Virus record (IMG/VR): IMGVR_UViG_3300022602_003472
Location: 23-64,022 of that record
Strand: one strand, 5' to 3'
From: a virus
Lineage: Duplodnaviria > Caudoviricetes
Length of the DNA: 64,000 nucleotides
Numbering within the stretch: the stretch's first letter is position 1; every line of letters begins with the position of its first letter. The notes below the pieces were generated by a model. That model was not told where the DNA came from and ran no database searches. It worked only from the letters and a program-made list of their open reading frames with translations. The position numbers and the translations under genes are program-made. Of the stretch, positions 47,320 to 56,273 are shown in pieces.

Positions 47320-48069
47320 ATGCTTACTGAGAAAATTGCCAATCTTAACATAGATACAGAGAAATTTGAAGAGGTGTTCACACCCAATGTACATCGTGTT
47401 GCTGATGTGCTACGCAAGTATGGGTTTGATGCCAGAGTAGTGGGTGGAGCTGTGCGCGATTTTGTACGTGGTCAAGCACCCAGAGACATAGATTTTGCCA
47501 CAGATGCCGACCCCAGTGAGCTTATCTATATCTTCAACATGGAAAACATTGATCACGATGACAAGGGCATAGGTCACGGAACTATCAAGGCAGTGTTCCC
47601 CGATGGCAAGGTTGATGTGACCAGCATTGCCTACAAGCTTGAGCTTAAGGATGGAAAGGTACGCATCATACGCGGCCAAGACTGGGAACAGGATGCGCAA
47701 CACAGAGACCTCAGCATCAACAGCATGAGCATAGACAAGGACGGCACCCTATACGATTACACCGGTGGTCTCAATGATCTGCGCAATCAACGGGTGGTCA
47801 TGCTACCTGTTACGCAAGATCGAATCAAGGAAGATCCTCATCTAATCATGCGTTGGTTCAAGGCACTGGGATATTTTGATAACCCTCGTTGGCCCAAACA
47901 CGACCTTGCAGTAATCAAAGAAAACATGCCTTTGCTTTTAACGATAAAAGACGATGAAAAGACTGATCGCGAGCTTAGCAGCATCATGCACAGCAAGAAC
48001 GGACAGAAGATACTGCGCATGATGTGCACCATGGGTGCAGACAAGTATCTGGGAATAAATTGCGATTGA
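47320..48069 (+). CDS. tRNA nucleotidyltransferase (CCA-adding/poly(A) polymerase family, class II)
   Basis: VVGGAVRD, RDIDFAT, DAQHRDLSINSM, IKEDPHLIMR. Confidence 0.88.
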   Translation: MLTEKIANLNIDTEKFEEVFTPNVHRVADVLRKYGFDARVVGGAVRDFVRGQAPRDIDFATDADPSELIYIFNMENIDHDDKGIGHGTIKAVFPDGKVDVTSIAYKLELKDGKVRIIRGQDWEQDAQHRDLSINSMSIDKDGTLYDYTGGLNDLRNQRVVMLPVTQDRIKEDPHLIMRWFKALGYFDNPRWPKHDLAVIKENMPLLLTIKDDEKTDRELSSIMHSKNGQKILRMMCTMGADKYLGINCD

Positions 48070-48093
48070 TGCGGGTAAACCGCACAATAACGC

Positions 48094-48957
48094 ATGTCAA
48101 AAGATCTCATAATAGGTTCATTTACCAACTACGACTGGGATAAGATCCAGTACTGGGTCAACAGCATAGATGCCTGCGACTTCAAGGGCGACAAGGCCAT
48201 GCTGGTATACAACGCCGAATTAAGCACTGTGCAGAAACTCAACGACAAGGGTTTCAAGATCATGGGATTTGGTCAAGATCCCAGCACAGGCAATCTGGTT
48301 TATAATGGTCAGCTGATCATAGTAGTTGAGCGCTTCTTGCATCTGCACAGCTTCCTCGAAAATCTCATGCAGAATGAGGACTATCGCTATGTGATACACA
48401 CAGACGTCAAGGATGTGGTATTCCAGCGCAATCCCAGCGAATGGTTAGATGCCAACATGGACGATGCCAAGATACTGGCCAGCTGTGAGAGCTTGCAGTA
48501 CCAGCACGAACCCTGGGGCAACGAGAATCTACAGCACAGCTTCCCTTGGGTCTATGACAAGATGAAAGCCAATCCCATATGGAACTGTGGTGTGCAGTGC
48601 GGCGTGCCCAGCGTGATGAAGGACCTGTGGCTCAACATCTATCTGCTCAGCGTGGGCAGCCAACATGCTACCAAGGTGCACAATCCAGATCAAGCAGCAT
48701 ACAACGTGCTGCTGGGACTGGAACCTTACAAGAGCATCACCAAGTTTACAATGAGTGAAGACGGTTGGGCATGCCAAGCTGGTACAAGCTATGATCCAGC
48801 CAAGATGCACACTTTCAAACCACACTTGCTGGAACCACAACCTCAGTGGGATGGAGAGCATGCTACTACCAGTAATGGCACCACACATTTCATCTTACAT
48901 CAATATGATCGCATACCAGACTGGAAACCCATAATAGAGGCCAGATATGCAGGTTAA
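48094..48957 (+). CDS. Putative GT-A glycosyltransferase
   Basis: VIHTDVKDVVFQRNP (DxD-like), NCG, DQAAYN, HQYDR. Confidence 0.6.
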   Translation: MSKDLIIGSFTNYDWDKIQYWVNSIDACDFKGDKAMLVYNAELSTVQKLNDKGFKIMGFGQDPSTGNLVYNGQLIIVVERFLHLHSFLENLMQNEDYRYVIHTDVKDVVFQRNPSEWLDANMDDAKILASCESLQYQHEPWGNENLQHSFPWVYDKMKANPIWNCGVQCGVPSVMKDLWLNIYLLSVGSQHATKVHNPDQAAYNVLLGLEPYKSITKFTMSEDGWACQAGTSYDPAKMHTFKPHLLEPQPQWDGEHATTSNGTTHFILHQYDRIPDWKPIIEARYAG

Positions 48958-49912
48958 TCTACAGGAAGAATATCAAAAGACTGATCAGATGCTGAGCCGC
49001 TTGGGTGTTCCACATTGGAAGCCAGGACGCAGCATCGTTACCAGCGTATACGGCAAAGAGATTGCCAGCGGCTACGTGCTCATGCGCGAGTTGATACTGC
49101 AGGAAGTGGCGCTGCCCATAGAGATATTCCATCGCAAGGACGAGATCACACCAGAGCAAGCTGCTATACTGCGTAGTCCTGCACCAGATCAGATCACAGT
49201 GCGAGAGATACAAGGTGATCCCAAGGATTTCATCACGCCATATGGTACCAAAGCAGGATGGAGCACTAAACCGTACAGTCTCTGGGAGAGTGAGTATGCC
49301 GAAAACTTATGGTTAGATGCAGACAGCTTTCCCATACGCAATCCAGAATTTCTTTTTGATGATCAGGAATATCAAGACAAGGGCAGCTTGTTCTGGAGAG
49401 ATGTGTTTAGCACAGACAGAGCCAATCGCTATCACGATAATGCTCCCATGTGGCGAATATTCAATGTCAATCCCACAGATGCAGAACCTTTTGAAACCGG
49501 ACAGCTGCTGATCAACAAGGCACAATGCTGGGCCGAAATGAACTTGGTCAAGCACTACGCAGATAATTGCGAAGTCTATTATCACTTTGGCGGCGATGCT
49601 GAGACCTTCCGCATGGCATGGTCACATTGGTATCTACGCAACGGTGGTCAGCTACAGTACATCAACTATCAAGCTGATCCCAAAGTACCATATGGATTCA
49701 TGCCATTTGGACCTTTCCACAAAGGCAATGCCAACCAATACAAGAAGTGGGGCGGTGGTACAGTGATGGTTCAGCGCGATCGCAACGGCAATGAACTGTT
49801 TAACCATCGCAACATGGAAAAATTCTCTCTGGGTGCAAACCCAGTGTACCATGACATAACCAATGAGCTGCGCTACCATCAACACATAGAAGATCTGAGG
49901 CGTTTGATATGA
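48947..49912 (+). CDS. Alpha-mannosyltransferase-like glycosyltransferase (GT71/Mnn2-like)
   Basis: LPIEIF, LWLDADSFPIRNPEFLFD...Y...GSLFWRD, ETGQLLINK, GDAETF. Confidence 0.7.
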   Translation: MQVNLQEEYQKTDQMLSRLGVPHWKPGRSIVTSVYGKEIASGYVLMRELILQEVALPIEIFHRKDEITPEQAAILRSPAPDQITVREIQGDPKDFITPYGTKAGWSTKPYSLWESEYAENLWLDADSFPIRNPEFLFDDQEYQDKGSLFWRDVFSTDRANRYHDNAPMWRIFNVNPTDAEPFETGQLLINKAQCWAEMNLVKHYADNCEVYYHFGGDAETFRMAWSHWYLRNGGQLQYINYQADPKVPYGFMPFGPFHKGNANQYKKWGGGTVMVQRDRNGNELFNHRNMEKFSLGANPVYHDITNELRYHQHIEDLRRLI

Positions 49913-51051
49913 TAGATCCAGTCACCAACGTTAAATTTCCCAGTTCTTGGCCTATTAAGCGAGAGCCAGCTAGATTGCCAGAGCAGCGCATAGATTACTG
50001 TGGTGGTATGAAGTTTAACGACAACTTTGACTGGGATAACCTCTGGTATGACTGCGTTCAGCTCAACGAGTATCAGACCATACTGATAGGTCCGCCCATC
50101 TATGATGCCAAAAATTGGTTCAAGGATCACGCAGGGTTTGGCGATAGCGATAACAATCTTCTAAATTATCAGTTCTACGATCTCGATAGAGTAAGCTATA
50201 CAGTGATTCAGACTCGCAAGATAGATTCTCATATCGTGCTGCTCAGCAAGGACACAGATCCTTTGCCAATTGAAGTAAACCACAACGATGGATACTTTAA
50301 CGGTCACAAGGTAATGGTTACTTTACAAAGAGATAATCCCATAGAGTGGATTGAACAGTGGATGGACTATCACTATCGTGTGCATGGCATAGATGGATTT
50401 CTCATCTATGATAACGCCAGCAGCAGTTACACTGTGGGCGAGCTAGACCATCGACTGAGCAGGGATTATCTCAAGCTGAAGATAGTACCATGGCCCTATC
50501 CATATGGTCCACAGGGCAGCGACTATGCGCCGTGGGATAGCGATTACGGTCAGTATTGCATGCTTGAACATGCCAAGTATCGCTATCTCAGCAATGCCAG
50601 CATGGTACTTAACAATGACATAGATGAGCTTATAGTGACCAAAGGTCCAAGCTTAGAACAGATACGTACACAACTTGAACAAGGACCACAGCATTGCCTC
50701 TACTATCTGGGCAAGTGGATTGAACCACATGATGTGCCTAACAACCGAGGGGCATATGAAGTTCCCTGGGAATCACGCAGGTTCAAAGATTATTGCTGCA
50801 TGGATGATGATAACAGGCGCGGCATAGGCAACAAGTGGATGTTAATACCACAAAAATGCATGCAGTACCAATGGCGTGTGCATCATATTGCTGGACCAGC
50901 TGGACAGAGCACTGATCTTTATTATGCGCATTATCTTGCAATGAACACCAATTGGAGCTGGCCCAGAGACAAGTTTGAAGGTGATGTGATGAATCTACGT
51001 CCAGAACCTTGGCTTCACACTGCATTACAGAAGATAGAGGTATACAAATGA
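49909..51051 (+). CDS. GT92/GT2-like glycosyltransferase
   Basis: WIEQWMDYH...GIDGFLIYDNAS, LNNDIDEL. Confidence 0.7.
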   Translation: MIDPVTNVKFPSSWPIKREPARLPEQRIDYCGGMKFNDNFDWDNLWYDCVQLNEYQTILIGPPIYDAKNWFKDHAGFGDSDNNLLNYQFYDLDRVSYTVIQTRKIDSHIVLLSKDTDPLPIEVNHNDGYFNGHKVMVTLQRDNPIEWIEQWMDYHYRVHGIDGFLIYDNASSSYTVGELDHRLSRDYLKLKIVPWPYPYGPQGSDYAPWDSDYGQYCMLEHAKYRYLSNASMVLNNDIDELIVTKGPSLEQIRTQLEQGPQHCLYYLGKWIEPHDVPNNRGAYEVPWESRRFKDYCCMDDDNRRGIGNKWMLIPQKCMQYQWRVHHIAGPAGQSTDLYYAHYLAMNTNWSWPRDKFEGDVMNLRPEPWLHTALQKIEVYK

Positions 51052-52004
51052 GGTTGCTATTCGTTGTACACAGATACGTGCCATATCCCGGCGGAAGTGA
51101 ATACTATACAGCTGCAATGGCCGAAGAAGCGCTGAGCCGTGGTCACGAAGTCACAGTGTTTGCTGGTGAACATCAAGGCGATTACAACGGTGTGAAGGTT
51201 ACCAGTGATCCACAGATACTGGGTTGGCCTTGGGATCTCATAGTGGTACACGGTGGAGACGTTGGTTTACAGAATTTCGTGCTAAGCAATGCCACACGCA
51301 TACCAAATCCCATACTCTACATGCTGATACTACCTAGCAACAGCGACGTGTGCGTGACGGCACTCAAGGAATGTGCATACTTAGGTTGGAGCACACCTGA
51401 TGATGTCAATCACATACGCAAATATGGTCAGAGTGATAAAGCCAAGCGAGTGCGCCACGGAATCAAGCTCAACGAAAGCTTGGGTAAACCGGGATTCAAG
51501 GCCAAACATGGCATAAACCAGCGCATGTTCCTCAGCTGCGGCGGTTACTGGCCCAACAAGAAGATGCGCGAGCTTGCCGAAGTGTTCAAACGTGCCGAGT
51601 TGGAAGACGCAGTATTAGTTACTTGTGGATACGACAATCGCATGGATCTCATGCCTACTGCTAGTGATAACATCATACCTTTGTTGATTGACGACAAGGC
51701 AGAAGTGCTCAGTGCGATATCAGAAGCTGATTGCTACCTCATGCACAGCAATCAAGAAGGTTTTGGATTAGTGATACTAGAAAGCATGCTCAACAGCACT
51801 CCTTGGATATCACGACAGATAGCCGGTGCTGCTATGCTTAACAAGTTTGGTCAGACCTATCAGACTGACGGACAGCTAATTAATCTGCTTAAAAACTTTG
51901 ATCCAATAGTATATGATTTACCTGCTGCCAAAAAGTACATCTTAGATAATCATACCATAAGCAGCACTGTTGATGATATAGAAGCTGTGGTCAACGCTTC
52001 TTAG
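51048..52004 (+). CDS. GT4 (GT-B) glycosyltransferase
   Basis: YVPYPGGSE...RGHEVTV; EGFGLVILESM. Confidence 0.85.
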   Translation: MRLLFVVHRYVPYPGGSEYYTAAMAEEALSRGHEVTVFAGEHQGDYNGVKVTSDPQILGWPWDLIVVHGGDVGLQNFVLSNATRIPNPILYMLILPSNSDVCVTALKECAYLGWSTPDDVNHIRKYGQSDKAKRVRHGIKLNESLGKPGFKAKHGINQRMFLSCGGYWPNKKMRELAEVFKRAELEDAVLVTCGYDNRMDLMPTASDNIIPLLIDDKAEVLSAISEADCYLMHSNQEGFGLVILESMLNSTPWISRQIAGAAMLNKFGQTYQTDGQLINLLKNFDPIVYDLPAAKKYILDNHTISSTVDDIEAVVNAS

Positions 52005-53574
52005 CACGACCCAGTGCCACGGTATCTGGCACACGCGGATCACGGATATCTCGCTCACCTGGCTTTACTATCCTGCCAACAGCCTGCTGTGCTTTCTTTT
52101 CAGCTGCTTTGGCCTGTGCTTTCTGACGTTTTTGATCATCTGGAGTAGATAACAAAGTTGGATCAACTGGTTCTGATGCTTTGTTGCCGGCACCTATTCG
52201 AAATCCAATCTTACCATTGATATCAGTCGCAGTGAATGAACGTCCGGCATCAAATGTAATCTTACCTTCAAATCGCATAGGCCAAACTAATTTGAAGATC
52301 TTGCATATCACATCTTGTTTGCTGAGTCGAGCATCAAAATACATCTGCACCATGCTAGCATGGTTTAATACTTCTTTGAGAACGTCGCTGTAATCTTCAT
52401 CATTCAACAGGCGAACTGCTTGCCTTGCTACACCTGCTAAAGCATGTTTTGCTGGATGATAATTCTTGTTGTCTGTCCTAGCAGGATAATTATTCATGTA
52501 TTTCTTTAGATTGATGCTTGGTTTGAAATCTTTGGTATTGTATTTGTCTAATCCAGATTTTATTTTATTGATATCATTGATATCTACCAAACCATATTGC
52601 TTTGCTATCTCTAAGGTACCATTAACCATAGAATTGTCAGCGATTTGTAAGACAATATTTCTAAATTTTTTAGCCCTAGGTCGATTCCAAAAGCCAGTTG
52701 GAAACTTATCTGCGTACTTGGTCATTGCATCATGGATGCCTTTTAGGCTTGCAGATGCACCGCCAGCTGATGCTTTGCTGCTAATCAATATCTCATAATC
52801 AGAAATTACTACCATGCTGTCAAACAGTAATGCGTTGACGTCAGTGTTATATAATATTGATCCTACATTGAGATTAGTTCCATTGGTTAAATTTTCTTGT
52901 ATCTCATTGATTTGAGAACTTGGTTCAAACTGCTTGGTTATCAGAGCTATCGGAGCTGCCCATTCACCCAGATATTTTTGATAGAGTGTTAGATCTTTGG
53001 CTGCATCTTTGATCACATAATCCACACCGTTACCTTTGGCTAAAGCTTTGAGATAACCTTGCATGTTATCAATCACAACTGGGTCTGCTTTACCCCTGGC
53101 ATTGTTCAGCAATGCTGCAACTTGATTTGGTTTTACTAGGCTTTCATTGGTTAAAACCTCTGCTGGTTTAAGTCCAGAGCGTTCGCTAGTACTGGCCGCT
53201 GTGTTCAATTTGTAGCCGCCATGTCCTGGAATAACACCAGGAGGTATATCTGATATCTTACCTTTGAGATTGCCAACTTCTGTCACGTATTTGATATAAT
53301 GTTCCAGACCACGAGGAGTATCCATGGTCACTATCACAGCAGCAAGGAATCTTGAGCTAGGTTTGTTAACTTCGTAAATGTAACCTTCTGCTGTTTCTTC
53401 CCACTCTATCACTGCTTCCATCATTTCTTCAGGACTATCGTATCGTGGATAGTCTTGGGGCAATCTATCTAACTTTATAAATGTAGCTATATCTTTCTTA
53501 TCAGGTGCGATGAATTGATCACCGATTTTGCGATTCACAAAACCTTTGGCTTCTTGAAGATCGTATAGTCTCAC
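51991..53574 (-). CDS. Hypothetical protein, possible PD-(D/E)XK-like nuclease; head-propeptide-like N-terminus
   Basis: 527 aa; MRLYDLQEA N-terminus; YLGE...FDS...ISSK pattern. Confidence 0.55.
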   Translation of the reverse strand: MRLYDLQEAKGFVNRKIGDQFIAPDKKDIATFIKLDRLPQDYPRYDSPEEMMEAVIEWEETAEGYIYEVNKPSSRFLAAVIVTMDTPRGLEHYIKYVTEVGNLKGKISDIPPGVIPGHGGYKLNTAASTSERSGLKPAEVLTNESLVKPNQVAALLNNARGKADPVVIDNMQGYLKALAKGNGVDYVIKDAAKDLTLYQKYLGEWAAPIALITKQFEPSSQINEIQENLTNGTNLNVGSILYNTDVNALLFDSMVVISDYEILISSKASAGGASASLKGIHDAMTKYADKFPTGFWNRPRAKKFRNIVLQIADNSMVNGTLEIAKQYGLVDINDINKIKSGLDKYNTKDFKPSINLKKYMNNYPARTDNKNYHPAKHALAGVARQAVRLLNDEDYSDVLKEVLNHASMVQMYFDARLSKQDVICKIFKLVWPMRFEGKITFDAGRSFTATDINGKIGFRIGAGNKASEPVDPTLLSTPDDQKRQKAQAKAAEKKAQQAVGRIVKPGERDIRDPRVPDTVALGRAKKR

Positions 53575-54308
53575 ATGGAATCTCCTGGTATGTTTATGAT
53601 TCCTTTAGCAGCCGACTCTTTAGCCTGTGCTAGTTTAGCATCTCGCTCTGGATCATTCGCCAGTGCTTTTAATATAGTCTTTACTGAATTTAAATCGTCA
53701 GCGGTTGCAGCCGGATTCAGCAATATCTTAGCAACTGCATCTCTGTCTCTGGCTACCACTGTGTTATCATCTCTGCGCATCAGCTTACCACCAAATGCAT
53801 CAAACTTCAAACCCAGTGCTTTGCCTATGCTGTTCATCACTATGAATATATCGCTGCCTTTGAAATCTGGATCTTCGTAGCTGCCGCGAGGACCATGTTG
53901 ATGATACGGTGCTACTGTAGGCACATCTTCTATGACCATGTAATCTACTTGAGCAATACCTCCGTCAAACGGAATGCCAACATGCACGTTGCGACCGCTC
54001 ATGTTTGACTCGTAGCCTTTTTGCTTGAGATATTCTTCCAGTGCCTTCTTAGCAGATTTCACAGGATCTTTCTCACCAGCTGTCTTGAACTGCTTGACCA
54101 GATCATCTGATTCAATCATGAGATCAATATCACCTGGTGGAACTTTCTTGAAGCCAGCTGAGCCTATATCTTTGGCTAGATTCACACGAAGGATTGGCGG
54201 TAATAGGCTTACAGCGCGATCAACCACAGATTGAACTTGGTCCAAGGGCACCGAAGTGGCACCTGGTATTTGATTACCACCTTCTAGCAATATATCGCGC
54301 AACCGCAT
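53571..54308 (-). CDS. Pol-beta superfamily nucleotidyltransferase-like protein with head-propeptide-like N-terminus
   Basis: IGSAG...GDIDLMI (GS..DxD) and QVDYM (third Asp); MRLRDILLEGG N-terminus. Confidence 0.65.
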   Translation of the reverse strand: MRLRDILLEGGNQIPGATSVPLDQVQSVVDRAVSLLPPILRVNLAKDIGSAGFKKVPPGDIDLMIESDDLVKQFKTAGEKDPVKSAKKALEEYLKQKGYESNMSGRNVHVGIPFDGGIAQVDYMVIEDVPTVAPYHQHGPRGSYEDPDFKGSDIFIVMNSIGKALGLKFDAFGGKLMRRDDNTVVARDRDAVAKILLNPAATADDLNSVKTILKALANDPERDAKLAQAKESAAKGIINIPGDSM

Positions 54309-54317
54309 GAATTTTCC

Positions 54318-54623
54318 TCAGAAATTAAAAGTTTTTACTGAATGGCTGTTTACACTATTTGCATATTCTGCTGCCAATTGCGATTCAATAGTAGATTGAT
54401 TGATTGTAGAGAAGACCCAAGATCTCACTTGAGATTCTGTTAATGCAGAAAATGGAGTGAAACCAGCAGCAGTAGGTGTGCCAAGAGGCACAGCACCGCT
54501 CTGTTTATAAGTAGTACCATCTGGTGCGTATGCTGTGCAGTACCACATGACATGATGCACCACATCGGCTAGTGTACCAACATTATGTACTTCAGCAGGT
54601 CCAATCGACCAATCGTATCTCAT
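54318..54623 (-). CDS. Hypothetical protein
   Basis: 101 aa; AGGAG SD and TAAATA upstream. Confidence 0.7.
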   Translation of the reverse strand: MRYDWSIGPAEVHNVGTLADVVHHVMWYCTAYAPDGTTYKQSGAVPLGTPTAAGFTPFSALTESQVRSWVFSTINQSTIESQLAAEYANSVNSHSVKTFNF

Positions 54624-54773
54624 GTGCTTGCTCCTTGACGCAGCATATTTATGGTGATTTGATTAGATAATATCGCAATGGTCATGCCAGAACCTACATT
54701 AACAATCATAATTGCATGGCTCAAGGCCAACAGATAAATTGACACCGTAGCCTATTACCAGATATATAATGTT

Positions 54774-56201
54774 ATGAAAGACATGATAGCTAATCTGATA
54801 TCTGCTAAACCAAAACATTACGCAAGACTCATCAAAAAACATCCACAGATGTTGGAATGGGTCAGAGCTAATTCGAGATTCATAAGCGATAGCGTGCCAG
54901 AGATGGTGTACAGCGCACTGCATGGATCAGATAATCACTGCCAACATGGTAATAAGAAAAAATTTGTCAACATAACAAATGGATTCAGCGGCTGTGGACC
55001 TGCAGCATCATGTAGATGCACTCGCGAGAACATTAGCAATTCTGTGAAATTGGTCAAAGACTCATACTCCTCAGAGCAAAGGCAGGCCATCAATAACAAG
55101 CGCAGCGAGACTATGCTGTCTAGATTTGGCGTCATGCATAATAGCCAGCGAGAGGACATACACCATCTATGGAAGAGACCAAAGATCAAACCAGAAGCGT
55201 ATGACAAGTTAACAGATCATGCATGGATGCATGATCAGTACATGATCCAAAAGAGATCAGCTGTGGATATCGCAGACGAACTCAGTGTCTATTACAGCAC
55301 GGTGATAGACTATTGCTTGAGGCATGGATTCCAGATAAGGCAACGCAGCAATTACAGCCTAGTTGAACTGTCTGTGGCTAGATGGTTAGATGAGCTAGGC
55401 ATATCATATGTCCAGGGAGACTGGAAGACCATAGGCAAGGAGCTGGATATCTACATACCATCAGCACATTTGGCCATAGAGATCAATGGATTATATTGGC
55501 ATAGCTGGCATCCTAATTCGCTCAAGATAGAAGACAAGACTCGACATCTGGACAAGACCAAATTAGCAGCACAACAAGGCATAGATCTGATGCACATCAC
55601 TGACCTAGAGTGGAGTGATAAGACTGGCATAATCAAGTCAATGCTGAGATCAAAACTGGGACTGAACCAACGCATCAATGCTCGAGATTGCGCTGTTCGC
55701 ACAGTGGACAGCAAGTTAGAGAGGCGATTTCTAAATGAGCATCATATCCAAGGGTATGTACCTAGCGTGCTAGCAATTGGATTGTTCGATGGTGATGATC
55801 TGTTGTCAATAATGTCAGTGGGCAAAAGCAGATTCAACAGCATAGCAGAGAATGAGATATTACGTTTTTGCTCTAAGCCTGGCATCACGATAGTCGGAGG
55901 CGGCAGCAGATTGACACATGCTATAAAGAAGACACACCCATCGCTCATGACCTATTGCGATCTGTCTAAAGGTAACGGACGAGGTTACGAGCTCATGGGA
56001 TTCCAGCATGTACGCGATACCGATCCTGGTTACTTCTGGACCAATGGAGACTTGGTTATATCGAGGTTTAAGAGCCAACGCACCCAGCTGAGCAGATGGT
56101 TACAGGGTTATGATCCCCTCAAGAGCGAGTCTGAGAACATGTTCGCTGCTGGTTACCGACGATTCCACGATTGCGGGAATAGGATATTCCTGTTGGCATG
56201 A
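54774..56201 (+). mobile_element. Free-standing homing endonuclease gene (Hef-like/Vsr-type PD-(D/E)XK)
   Basis: KELDIYIP...AIEINGLYWHS nuclease motif, then RINARDC...FLNEHHIQG...EILRFC...GGGSRL. Opposite strand to its neighbours, next to the capsid gene, with its own TTGACA promoter at 54739. Confidence 0.75.
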
Positions 56202-56203
56202 CA

Positions 56204-56231
56204 AAAAACCCGGGATTTCTCCCGGGTTTTT
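56204..56231. terminator. Bidirectional intrinsic terminator between the capsid and endonuclease genes
   Basis: AAAAACCCGGGA-TTTC-TCCCGGGTTTTT. Confidence 0.85.
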
Positions 56232-56273
56232 GCTGAATATTTGACTGATATAGTGGTATAAACCACTGATATC

